Positions 51,563-62,895 of a stretch of 64,000 bases of DNA are shown one piece after another (the first letter of the stretch is position 1; every line of letters begins with the position of its first letter). This DNA comes from Octopus sinensis. Lineage: Eukaryota. The translations under genes and the position numbers were made by a program. The DNA is taken from contig NC_043006.1 in the NCBI RefSeq assembly GCF_006345805.1, positions 48,856,001 through 48,920,000 of the forward strand, given 5' to 3'. The notes below the pieces were generated by a model that saw nothing but the letters and a program-made list of their open reading frames with translations, was not told the origin of the DNA and did not search any database.

Positions 51563-52001
51563 CTACACTCTCGGAGTGGTTGGCGTTAGGAAGGGCATCC
51601 AGCTGTAGAAACACTGCCAGATATGACTGGACTGGTGCAGCTTTCGGGCTCCCCAGACCCCAGTTGAACCGTCCAACCCATGCTAGCATGGAAAGCGGAC
51701 GTTAAATGATGATGATGATACATACACACAACAGGCTTCTTTCAGTTTCCATCTACCGAATCCACTCACAAGGCTTTGGTCGGCCCGAGGCTATAGTAGA
51801 AGACACTTGCCCAACGTGCCACACACTGGGACTGAACCCGGATCTATGTGGTTGGTAAGCAAGCTACTTACCACACAGCCACTCCTGTGCCTAGCACAAA
51901 ATTTTGTCAATGAACAGGTCGCGGTTTCAAAGCGACGAAAATATTTTGAAGTGAATCTAACGGGTTTTGCGTTTTTAAATGGCTTATAAACACCTTCCAT
52001 G

Positions 52002-52443
52002 CTGCATGGTTCATGGTCTCAAAAATTTGTCCTATGAAGAAAGGCTGAGGACGCTTGTCCTTTATTCTCTAGAAAAACGCCGCTGCCGTGGTGATCTCAT
52101 TCTCGCCCACAACATCATGAGCGGAAAGTGTAACCTCTCGAAAGAGCTGTTCTTCACTCCTGCTCCAGAGCATCGGCTGCGGGGTCATTCCGAAAAGCTC
52201 TACCTGCGACGATTTCATCTCAATCGAAGGAGAGGAGCTTTCTCCGTCCGGGTTGCGGATCCGTGGAACAAGCTGCCTGACGAGATGGTGAAGATGCCGA
52301 CGACCGCTTTGTTCAAAGCCTCCCTTGACCTCAAGTGGCCTGAACTCTTTACATGAGCACCACCCTGTACTTAACTCCATGTCCCCCTACATGGCCTTGC
52401 TATTTGCTTTTGAGCCAAATTAACTAACTAACTAACTAACTAA
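52002..52443 (+). mobile_element. short 3' copy of the same CR1 family
   Basis: About 95% identical by eye to 2123-2560, with the same UTR and (TAAC)n tail. Confidence 0.95.
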
Positions 52444-52600
52444 ATACTTAACTGATAATATTTTTCAATGTAAAATAATACTAGACATTATAACTGCCAG
52501 ACTCTCTCAGTAGGCTTGTTGATAATTTTTGTCCTATCTGAGACGAGTGCTTATTACTCTTAATGCTATTGTAGTTGTATTTCATTTAGAAATTAAATAC

Positions 52601-52681
52601 TTTTGACTGCTGATGCCGGAGAGGAAAGTATGGAAGATGTTGTGGAAAGGAAGACATTGAAAGAAATGGTGAAAGGAAATT
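52601..52681 (-). CDS. candidate in-frame cassette exon of ATOSA (NFLSPFLSMSSFPQHLPYFPLRHQQSK)
   Basis: ttttcag| acceptor, AAA|gtattt donor; 81 nt, phase 0/0, no stop; fits the phase-0 intron 44087-53734. No homology support. Confidence 0.35.
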
Positions 52682-52759
52682 CTGAAAATGTTGAATCAAA
52701 GATGATGGGAAATATGATATTTTGCACACACATCCAACCCATCCAATCCATACTTTCAT

Positions 52760-53020
52760 ATGATGATGGTGATGGTGATGGTGGTGGTGATGGTGGTGGT
52801 GGTGGTTGTGTTGATGGCATTATAGTGGAGGTAGTGATAGTGGTGGTAGTGGCGGCGTTAGAGTAATGGTGGTGGTGGTGGTGGTGGAGTTAGAGTAATG
52901 GTGGTGGTAGTGTAAGAGTAATGGTGGTGGCGTTAGAGTAGTGGTGGTGATGGTTTTAATGATGATGATGATGGTTTTGATGATGATGGCAGCAGTGGTG
53001 GTAATGGTGGTGGTGGTGCC
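52760..53020. repeat. (GGT)n/(GAT)n trinucleotide field
   Basis: Direct reading of the sequence. Confidence 0.9.
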
Positions 53021-53734
53021 TCTCGAAGAAAATTTGCTTAGCGTTATAAAGATGTCAGAAATTAAATATTAAATTCAATAGAAGTCTGCCATAACTCAGC
53101 AAGAGATATTTAACTTTGGCTTTTTATGTCTCCAAGCAAGGCTTCACTAGTTTTACAAAAACAAGCATTTCCAGTGAAATTTTACAACAACAAAGTATTA
53201 TTTATGTCTATCATGAAGAGGAAGGTATTGATGTATCTTAGTGAGGGATATTATTTTCTTTGTGTTCAATACAACTAAATTTTTTTTAAAATGAACATCA
53301 TTAATTGAGCTGAAGGAATGAATTTACTGTTGAAACATAAGCGCACACACACACACACACACACACAATAAAGAAAAAAAACCTCAAGCCTGTTGCTCAT
53401 GAGCTCAGAGCTTATCCAGATTACCATGGACATTTAAACTGAATACAAGACTTACCCCTTCCTCTGAACAAGGTGCTAGATTGTCACAGAATTAACTCCC
53501 AGGTGTCCCTGATACTCCTTTTCAACTGAGTGTTGTAGAGTAGCATGTAATGAAGTACCCTGCTCAAGGACACAACACGCTGCCCTGTCCAAGAATTGAA
53601 CCCACAACCTATTGTTTATGAGATCAACAGCTTAACCACAATGCCATGCACATTCACTGTTGAAACATAAGCTTGGTAGAAATTTCTAACAAAACCACAA
53701 CACAAGAGAACCCTTATACAATCTTTATACAAAC

Positions 53735-55358
53735 CTTTTCAAATTCAGAATTGAAGTCTTTCCTGAGAATAGTTGCATAAAGAGATCGCTTTCCTTGATT
53801 GGGACTCACTGGATCTTTGGTTATGTCGTTGAAATGTTCTTTACTTTCATTTTCTTTGCTATTGTCATAGTCTTTACTACCATTGACAATGCTACAATTG
53901 TCAGCTTCGAGAAATACATCACTTTTCTCTTCGGCTGTTTTTGTTGCATCATCTTTTTTGATTGCTGTTTCACAACAGTCCACTCTATTAGAACGGTCAC
54001 TGATATCTTGTGACCGTGTCTCATCAACCACTGAACTGGTAGAATCTTTCAAAGAATTGTTATTGGCTGAATAAGTAGCCTCTGTTCTGTTTTCGTTAAT
54101 GTCTTGAGAAAGATCCATCCAGACAGCTGCTGACCTTTTCATACCTGTTTTATTGTGGTTAAAATCTTCGTGTAGGTTTCGGGAAATGTTGTTTGTGTCG
54201 TATTTGTCTTTGGTGGCAAGTCCTCTCTTTTTAGCTGAAGTTACACTAGATGTAATTTCTGACTTATTTTCTGATGAGAAACCTACATATGAAGATAACG
54301 CTGTCTTAGATAATGGATTAACTGTGGAAGAAATACTTTTCTCAGTGTCTTTATCAAATAGCTCATCACCGATTTGAAATTTGCATTTCGTAACTGGAAT
54401 GTTTTCAAGGCATGTTCGTCTAACCTTGGGTAACGACGTACCCCAGGTTGGTAGACTCGCAAGATACGCTTCTATTTGGTCTGATGTTAGAGGTTTGGTC
54501 AATTCCTGCATGCCAGGCTGACACAATAATTCTGGATACCACTTGGTTTTTGTATTCCACTTGACGTCTGAGCCAGAATTGTTTCTTTTCTGTTTTGAGT
54601 AATACGACTGTTCACCAGACTTACAGTTTGTCAATAAAACCTTAGGGCTGTGAAGTACCGGTGTTTTGTTTTCTGACTGGTCGTTATCGAGATCATCCTT
54701 TGTGTGAAAGACAAGAGGCTTTTCTGAGAACATATTCCGCGATGCTGTTGAAAATGTACAATTATTGCTGGACTTCACCTCTAGTTTAGCAAACTTTGAT
54801 GCTAGTTTTAAGGAATCCTCTTCAACACTCATTACAGAGCGAGTCGAAGAAAAAGACAAGTTCTTCTGCTGTGAAGGAATCTTACTGTAGGACACTGCTG
54901 GCGAAACTGAACTAGATGGCGCACTTATAGTCTGTGGTTGTTCCTTCTTATTAATAGAACTAGTTTTTGATTTGGATTGTGTTAAATTATTGAGTCTGTT
55001 CGAAATTGTTGTTGTTGTTGATGATATTTTCTTTGGATTAAATTTTTTTACGTCGCTATTATTACTGTTATCACAAATTGCAGCAGTTGTCAAAGTCTTT
55101 TTTCTTCGAGACGGTTCTGAATTGTCAGGTGGAAATTTAGACGGTTTGCTTTTGTGAAGCTGATCTGTAATGATTGTAGAACTAGTTAGTACACTACTCA
55201 TCGGATTTTGACACAGAAGAATTGGTATGTTCTTCATTCTTTGAGAAGCCGTCACACTCACTCTCACTGTGCTGTGCGACAAGTTTGCTACTGGAAAATG
55301 ATGAACTGTAGAATCTCCTTCGAACAAATAGGGTCTAGATTCTCCTGGAGCATACAAC
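53735..55358 (-). CDS. ATOSA: ATOSA large internal exon (1624 nt): end of the N-terminal domain, then a Ser/Thr/Lys/Asn-rich disordered region
   Basis: 547-aa ORF; tttcag|G acceptor at 55358; AAG|gtttgt donor at 53735 gives phase 0. HHFPVANLSHSTVRVSV resembles FAM214A EHVFPVPNVSHNVALKVSV. The donor is less certain than the acceptor. Confidence 0.9.
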
Positions 55359-55639
55359 CTGAAATTAGAGATTAAACAGAATCAAAAATTTGTGGAAGTT
55401 TAAGAAAGTGTTATTGTCTGAAATGGCAACAGATTAGATGACTGGTTAAGTCATTGGCAAACAGAGTCTCGACAATTATTTGTTTTGTTTTTATTTTACT
55501 ATAGAACTCAAAGTAGATAAAGCTATTGATGACAGTATCCAAATGTTAGGTTAAAAAAATATTTTGGGCAGAAAAATAATCAAAGGCTTTCAACTTTTCC
55601 AATCCAAAAGGGAGTTTAACATAGTTTTTAGATTCTGTT

Positions 55640-55930
55640 CATCATCATCATCATCATTGTCTAACGTCTGCTTTCCATGCTGGAGTGGGTTGGACGGTTT
55701 GACTGACGACTGGCAAGCCAGGAGTCTGCGCCAGGCTCCAATCTGATCTGACAAGGTTTCTACAGCTGGATGCCCTTCCTAATGCCAACCACTCTGAGAG
55801 TGTAGAAGCTGTGCTTTTTACATTCCACTGGCACAGGGGCCGGTCAGGCAGCACTGGCATCGACCATGCTCAAATGGTGCTTTTTGCATGCCATTGGCAT
55901 GGGAGCCAGATAGGTGGCACTGGCATCAGC
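55640..55930 (-). mobile_element. RTE 3'-UTR copy; others at about 8525-8700, 9775-9900, 30380-30540, 38860-39010, 45160-45320, 45790-46030, 48560-48720, 51565-51720, 60290-60575, 61115-61330, 62540-63010
   Basis: Shared catcatcat...ttccatgct.gcatgggttgga...ggatgcccttcctaatgccaaccac sequence. Confidence 0.85.
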
Positions 55931-56051
55931 TATATCTCAAGGTGGCAAGCCGGCAGAATCGTTAGCATTCCCAACATTCTCAGTGGCATTTTGTCTACCT
56001 TTATGTTCCAAGTTCAAATGCCACCAAGGGTTTAGGCAGACAAATCAACAA

Positions 56052-56109
<58 letters not shown>

Positions 56110-57443
56110 AGCTGGTAGAATCATTAGCATGCCAGGCAAAATGCTTAGCAGTATTTCATCTGCCATTACGTTCTGAGTTCAAATTATGCCGAGGTCGATT
56201 CGGGTTCGATTAAATAAGTACCATTTACGCACTGGGGTCGATGTAATCGACTTAATCTCTTTATCTGTCCTTGTTTGTCCCCTCTATGTTTAGCCCCCTG
56301 TGGGCAACAAAGAAATATATATATGTGCAGTGGGATTGAAACCAAATCCACAAGGTTGCAAAGCAAGCTTCTTAACCACACAGCCAAGCATGTACCTACA
56401 TGGTAAATAAACAGGAGCTTATCATTGATAATAACAGAAAAATTAAATGCTTATTGGAAGGAAAAAAAGAAAATGGTTTCTTGTCCTAAAAAACTTCCAC
56501 ATATAACGTCATTAATTTCTAGAATTCCATGCAAAACTGGAATTAGTCACTGAATGAGGCTATTGAGTGAAAGACAGCCAACCAAGTTAAATATAGATTT
56601 GGTAAGTATTAAAAGAACATTAATTTTGAAAAAACCCTTCAAATGCATCTTTTTATAAATGAATCAGCTTTTAGAGGCTTTTTGCTTGTCAGCTGTAAAA
56701 AAATACCACAAATGAGATTTTGTCTTGGTAGGCTTAAATTTCCTGAGCCAGACAGGCGCAATATTAAACAGTATACCATAGCAGACCATATATTTCTTAG
56801 CAACAAAATATTGTTTACTCTAAAAGAAACAGCAAAAAAAACTTTTCTTTTAACACTTTATAGAAATATTTTCAGACAAGTATTCAGAAAAAAAAAAAAT
56901 TGTTTTTTTAATAATATTCTTAAAAAGTAGCTTTTAATATCATTGCTTTAATATATATACATATGTATATATACACATATGTATATGTATATATGGAAGC
57001 ATGTGCGTATGCATGTATATATGTACACACATACATACATATAAATTTGTGATTATTTAGAAAATTTTTTTCATGCTTTAATTTCATAAAAACATTCAGA
57101 AAATGTCTACTAAAAACAAAATGCAAATGGCAAAGACAAAATTTCAAGAGAGATTTTTATTTTGCAAGCATATTGCATGAACAGTTAAATAAACAACACG
57201 TGTATCTATAAATAAATTGATAAAAATTTACCAACAGCAGAAGATATAACAAACATTTAACAGACTTACTACACATCTATTTTTTTTATTTCATTCGGTT
57301 TTTTTTTACCTTTCATCATATGAGCATTGATTTTAATTGATTAAATGTCATTCTTTGAATAACAAGACACAAAATGGGATTGAAACAATGTTCAGTTTCT
57401 CCAGCAAAAAAAAGAAACCCAACCTACTTTACAATATTTCTTC

Positions 57444-57500
<57 letters not shown>

Positions 57501-57576
57501 CGTATACACATATATGTAGAGTAATGCACGACAACTTTCTGACTGCCTATGTGGCATAACCAAAGATATACTTCCC

Positions 57577-57622
<46 letters not shown>

Positions 57623-57708
57623 TCATCATCAGCATCGTTTAACATCCGTTTTCCATGCTAGCATGGGTTGGGCGAACATATATTATATATATATATATAT
57701 ATGGTGTG

Positions 57709-58010
57709 GAGGCACATGGCCTTGCGGTTAGAGCAGTGGACTCACAGTTGAGGGATCACGGGTTCGAATCTCCAACCAGGCAATGTGTGTGTTTATGAGC
57801 GAAACACCTAAGCTCCACGCAGCTCCGGCAGAAGGTAATGAGGAACTTATGCTGACTCTTTTGCCACAACTTTCTGTCACTATTTCCTCCTGCATCTTGC
57901 AGCTCACCTGCAATGGACCGGCGTCCCGTGCATGTGGGGAACCTATACGCCAAGGAAACCAGGAAACCGGCCCTTATGGGCCAGGCATGGCTTGAGACGG
58001 AACAAACAAC
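57709..58010 (+). mobile_element. SINE family C (tRNA head plus V-domain-like body); copy at about 63185-63495(-); same head with other tails at about 10470-10770(-) and 41150-41290(+)
   Basis: Box A/B head ggcacatggc...ggttcgaatc; body tgcaatggaccggcgtccc...gaaaccaggaaaccggcccttatg. Confidence 0.85.
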
Positions 58011-58084
58011 GATATATGGTGCCCCAGCATGACCACAGTGTAATGACTGAAACAAGTAAAAGATAAAAGATACACACACACATA

Positions 58085-58300
58085 TGGTGGGTGCTGGGAA
58101 GTTCCTGGTTTGGGGTAAAAGAAAACACAAGAGGATCAGTTAATAATGATCTTATTCAACATATTCCTTTCTCAGATTCACACACTTAGTGCAGTGGTCT
58201 TTCAGTTTTTCTAAGCCCTCTAAAAGAACTCAGAAGGTAGGGCCTCCAGCCAGGCCTTTCACGATACTCTCAAAGCCAAGAACTTTTCAGTACCCACCCC
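58085..58300. mobile_element. mariner-type MITE
   Basis: Imperfect TIRs gtgggtgctgggaagttcctgg / ccaagaacttttcagtacccac. Confidence 0.6.
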
Positions 58301-58304
58301 CTCA

Positions 58305-58687
58305 TCTCTCTATATATAAACGGCAGTTTGTCTGTGTGTGTTTCTGTGTGTCTGTTAGGTTGTACCCTCACCCTGACCACGGCTTTCAACCGATTCTGAT
58401 GAAACTTGACACACACATAAGCCCAATGTCATAATTCAAAACTAACGCAGCGAAAATTTTGAAAAGTTCCCCCAATTCTGAAAAAAATCGATAAATTCGA
58501 CATGGGGTCGAGAATCAGAAACACAAACCACAGACTGTCTAGGGGACGCAACTCGACCTTTTTAACTCTCAAAAAAATTTACCATTTTTTTTTTCCATTT
58601 TTTTGCTATTTTTTGGCTATAACTCTCTAAAAATGCTTTATAGTTATTTCCCTTACAAACCCGAGCAACGCCGGGCGATACTGCTAG
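58305..58687 (+). mobile_element. non-autonomous Helitron
   Basis: 5' TC after A, 3' hairpin cccgagcaacgccggg then CTAG followed by T (A|T insertion). Confidence 0.85.
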
Positions 58688-59257
58688 TATATGCATAAAA
58701 GGAAATAAAGCAAGTTATCAGCTGTTAAAGTATGTATACATATATTTAAGTACATAATAGTTGACTTTCAACAGTTGTCCTTGTCACTGCATCGTGATCT
58801 TAATGCATATTTCATGTTCTTATTCAATGTGAAGTATAGATTAAATACAATTAAAGCCGTCTGCTTTTTCTCACAAAAGTGTTGTTTTTTAGCTTGATAT
58901 TTATATGCTCTCATTTCAAGTGCTATTTGCTTCGAGTTCAACCTTTAACCCTTCAGCACTCAAATTATTTTGTCAAAGGTAATGTTTATTTATTCACATT
59001 GTTTTGAACGAAAAAAAGGGTGAAGACCCCCTTCAATAGTTCAAGCCATATACATTTATATATATATATATATATACTTAATCATATCAAAGGGAAATGG
59101 AAATTTAGCGAAATTTTCATTTCCAGTGGTCTAACGTGTAAAAATTTAGTCCAAAGACTATGTATTAGTCATAAAATACAGTGTACTTTTAAACAAATAA
59201 GGCATCCACTCGTGGGATTCAACATGCTAGAAAGAACAGCTAGGTTCTATAACCACA

Positions 59258-59299
<42 letters not shown>

Positions 59300-59696
59300 A
59301 TATACATATATATACATATATATATATACACACACATACATACATATATATATGTGATGGGCTTCTTTCAGTTTCCATCAACCAAATCCTCTCACAAAGC
59401 TTTGGTCAACCCAAGGATTTAGTAGAAGACACTTGCTCAAGGTGCCACACAATGAGACTGAACCCAGAACCATGTAGTTTCAAAGCAAGCTTCCTACTAC
59501 ACTGCCACACCTGAGCCCTGAGCTTATATGCAAAGTTGGGAATCCTGTAAGCTTTAATGCACTGAAAACCTTTTTTCCTCAACATGCACAGCTGAATCTA
59601 TGGTGTGTTTAATATGCTCTGCATTTTTTATGCCATCGAAAATATGGAACCAAGCAAATAAGAGAAAATTGTTAAAGTATGAGAAACAGGACTTAC

Positions 59697-59831
59697 CGAT
59701 AAGCTATTGTTAGTGGCAGTAATCCACCTGTTGAATTCAACCAAGAACTTAGCTGAGAAAAAAATAAGTAAGACCTCATGGCTTGAACAAGGAACATTCC
59801 TGTAACAAATTTCTCCGATTTATCTGTCCAC
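59697..59831 (-). CDS. ATOSA: ATOSA exon (R)WTDKSEKFVTGMFLVQAMRSYLFFSQLSSWLNSTGGLLPLTIAY(R)
   Basis: ttttaatag|G acceptor and CG|gtaagt donor; 135 nt, phase 2 at both ends; matches FAM214A LLLAVRSFVFFSQLSAWL...ILYR as recalled. Confidence 0.93.
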
Positions 59832-60544
59832 CTATTAAAATAAGAGGAAAAATTTTGTTTGTAGTTTATTACAGATCTTTTTCTGGGTATCATGTGATTC
59901 TAACTGAATAACATTTTTTGGAGTCAAACACAAAATAATTTCTTAATTTAAGGAGATGGAAAAATGGCAATAACCAATTTTTTTTAGATTCTTGTAAATA
60001 AAGCATTTCATCCACATCATTTTAACATCCACATTTTCATGCGTGCATGGGATAGAAGGAATTTGTTGAAATGGATTTTCTACAGCTGGATGCCCTGTCT
60101 GCGGCCAACCCTCATCTATTCCCAAATGAGGTAATATTTCCTCATGACATGACACATTTTCATAGAAAATTAAAAATGAAGGATATCACATGCAAGACAG
60201 TGGGTCATTTACAACTATAACAGATGATGAGACAAGGAGACAACAGCACACACACACACAATATATATATATAAACATATACATATATGTGCCGCTGGAC
60301 TGGCTCCTGTGCAGGTGGCATGTAAAATACCCCACTTGAGTGTGACCGTTGCCAGTACCGCCTGACTGGCCCTCATGCCGGTGGCATGTAAAAGCATCCA
60401 CTACACTCTCAGAGTGGTTGGCATTAGGAAGGGCATCCAGCTGTAGAAACTCTGCCAGATCAGATTGGAGCCTGGTGCAGCCATCTAGTTTGCCAGTCCT
60501 CAGTCAAATTGTCCAACCTATGCTAGCATGGAAAGCAGACATTA

Positions 60545-60606
<62 letters not shown>

Positions 60607-60607
<1 letters not shown>

Positions 60608-60860
60608 CTTTATTATCAAAGCTGCAAAAACATCATCACAAAAATATCACAAAAACTGCTACTCAAGAGTTTCATATTCCCATTCATTGAGCAATTGTGA
60701 TCAAAGATCTTGATCACAACTGCCTGATGAACTGGAATGTGAAACTCTGAGTAGCAGTTTTTGTGATGTTTTTGCAGCTTTAATAATAAAGCATATTACT
60801 CTGCCTCCAGTATTCGAGTACTATTTTCCCAACCTTGTTCAACATTTGCACTTCATCTTT
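60607..60860. mobile_element. Penelope-like terminal-repeat fragment with inverted duplication and hammerhead motifs
   Basis: 60607-60790 is a long imperfect palindrome centred on ttgtgatcaa/ttgatcacaa; hammerhead core in the right arm. The Penelope assignment is inferred from the minimal hammerhead architecture. Confidence 0.65.
60718..60759 (+). ncRNA. minimal type I hammerhead ribozyme motif with intact core
   Basis: Stem I aactgc/gcagtt; CTGATGA; stem II ac..gt; GAAA; stem III actc-t-gagt; GUA cleavage triplet ending at 60753. Confidence 0.75.
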
Positions 60861-61389
60861 GATGCTCTGGTGAAGCTGTAAGGTGTTACCCAGGCACTCA
60901 AATATGAGCCCATTACATCTTATAGCAGAAACAGCTGTGAGCTAATGAAGTTCATAAGATAAACATTTATTCCTTTGTCATCCCTTTTTTTCTTTTATAT
61001 ATATATTCTCAGCCCTTGAGTCACTCTCTAACTTCTGCCAATTATTAATAAAAAAATACACATATGCTCATGATTTGAGTTCTATTTTCCTGTTTGCACT
61101 ACCAAACCTATAACATCATCATCATCATTATCATCATTTAACATCCATTTTCCATGTTGGCATGGGTTGAACAATTTGAGAGGAGCTAGCAAAGCCAGAA
61201 GCTGCACCAGGTTTCATTTTCTGTTTTGGCATGGTTTCAACTGTTGGATGCTCTGTAAAGCAGCCACTTTACAGAATGTACTGGGTGATTCTTATGTAGC
61301 ACCGGCACCAGTGCTATTTACATGATGCCAGGCTTCTTTCCATCTACCAAAAGTGGACATTAAAAAAAAGATGAACAATGGCGATGCCT

Positions 61390-61772
61390 ACTCTTTTACT
61401 TGTTTCAGTCATTTGACTGCGACCATGCTGGAGCACCGTCTTTAGTCGAGCAAATTGATCCCAGGACTTATTCTTTGTAAGCCTAGTACTTATTCTATTG
61501 GTCTCTTTTGCCAAACCGCTAAGTTACGGGGACGTAAACACACCAGCCTTGGTTGTCAAGTGATGTTGGGGGACAAACAAAGACACACACATACATATAT
61601 ATATACATATATACGACGGGCTTCTTTCAGTTTCCGTCTACCAAATCCACTCACAAAGCTTTGGTCGGCCCAAGGCTATAGTAGAAGACACTTGCCCAAG
61701 GTGCCACGCAGTGGGACTGAACCCAGAACCATGTGGTTGGTAAGCAAGCTACTTACCATGCAGCCACTCCAG
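61390..61772 (-). mobile_element. SINE family A, full length
   Basis: Reverse complement of the family A sequence. Confidence 0.9.
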
Positions 61773-62651
61773 CACATATTCAAATAAATTTCAAAGCTTT
61801 TATGTTGTTGTTGTTGTTACTGAGGGTCATTATCCTTCTCAGAAAAGTGCTCTAGGTGATGATGCGGAAACTAATAATAAGAAGCTGAAGTGAGTGAGAC
61901 TGAATCCGCAGCTGTGCTGTGCCGTGTTAGTCAGCAGTGCTTCAAGTTAATTCAGTTCTGCCAATGGGAAAAGCCTCAACAGCAGATATCGACACAATAT
62001 CTAATTCTTGGCTGTATCGATTGAGTCATATCAAGCTGCTAATATTACCTTTGGAGCTTGTTGTTATCAAGCTGTGAAATCTGCAAAATCTTCTTTTTTT
62101 TTGTATTGATTTTAGAAATATGAGAATCAACCGGAATTCTTGTCACTTGTAAGTTAAGTAATAATATCATTGGATAAGATGTGATTATACCAGCCAATAG
62201 CTGAGTTGACATGATGTCGGGTTATCAGACAAGCAGTTCACATTTTGTAGATTCCTGTTAGCATTGCACAATGTCTAGGGCATATTGTTTTATTCTTTTA
62301 TTCTTTTACTTGTTTCAGTCACTTAAAAAAGAAATCGACCCCAGGACTTATGCTTTGTAAGCCTAGTACTTAATCTGATGGTCTCTTTTGCCAAACCACT
62401 AAGCAATGGGGACGTAAATACACCAACATCGGTTGTCAAGCAATGGTGGTGGTGGTGGTGGGGGGACAAACACAGACACAAAGACACACACACATATATA
62501 CATATCTCTCTTTCTCTCGCTGCCACCACAGCATCAGCATCATCATCTAACATCTATTGTCCATGCTGGTATGGGTTGGAAGGTTTTACCAAGGGCTGGT
62601 AAGCTGAGGGGCTGCACCAAATTCAAATCTGATTTGGCATGGTTTCTATTG

Positions 62652-62895
62652 CTGGATGCCCTTCCTAATACCAACCACTCCAAGAGTGTATTGGGTGCTT
62701 TTATGTGCCACTGGCACGGGTGCCAGTTGCGTGACACCAGTATATGTCAAAACAACAACAATTTCACTTGGCTTGATGCCCTTCCTAATGCCAACCACTC
62801 CAAGAATGTAATGGGTGCTTTTACGTGCCACTGGCACAGGTGCCAGTTGCGTGACACCAGTATATGTCACAACAACAATTTCACTTGGCTTGATC
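62652..62895. repeat. tandem duplication of about 120 bp within an RTE-UTR copy
   Basis: gatgcccttcctaat...gtgacaccagtatatgtca...caatttcacttggcttgat occurs twice. Confidence 0.85.

Noticed and set aside
61855-61905. C/D-box snoRNA (GTGATGA...CTGA)
   Set aside because: Only about 50 nt, no terminal stem, and on the strand opposite the host gene.
62049-62080. 32-nt coding microexon ISQLDNNKLQ(R), phase-compatible with exon 59831
   Set aside because: The acceptor is preceded by an A-rich tract rather than pyrimidines, and the peptide lacks the LxERW motif expected just upstream. Kept only as a possible donor site.
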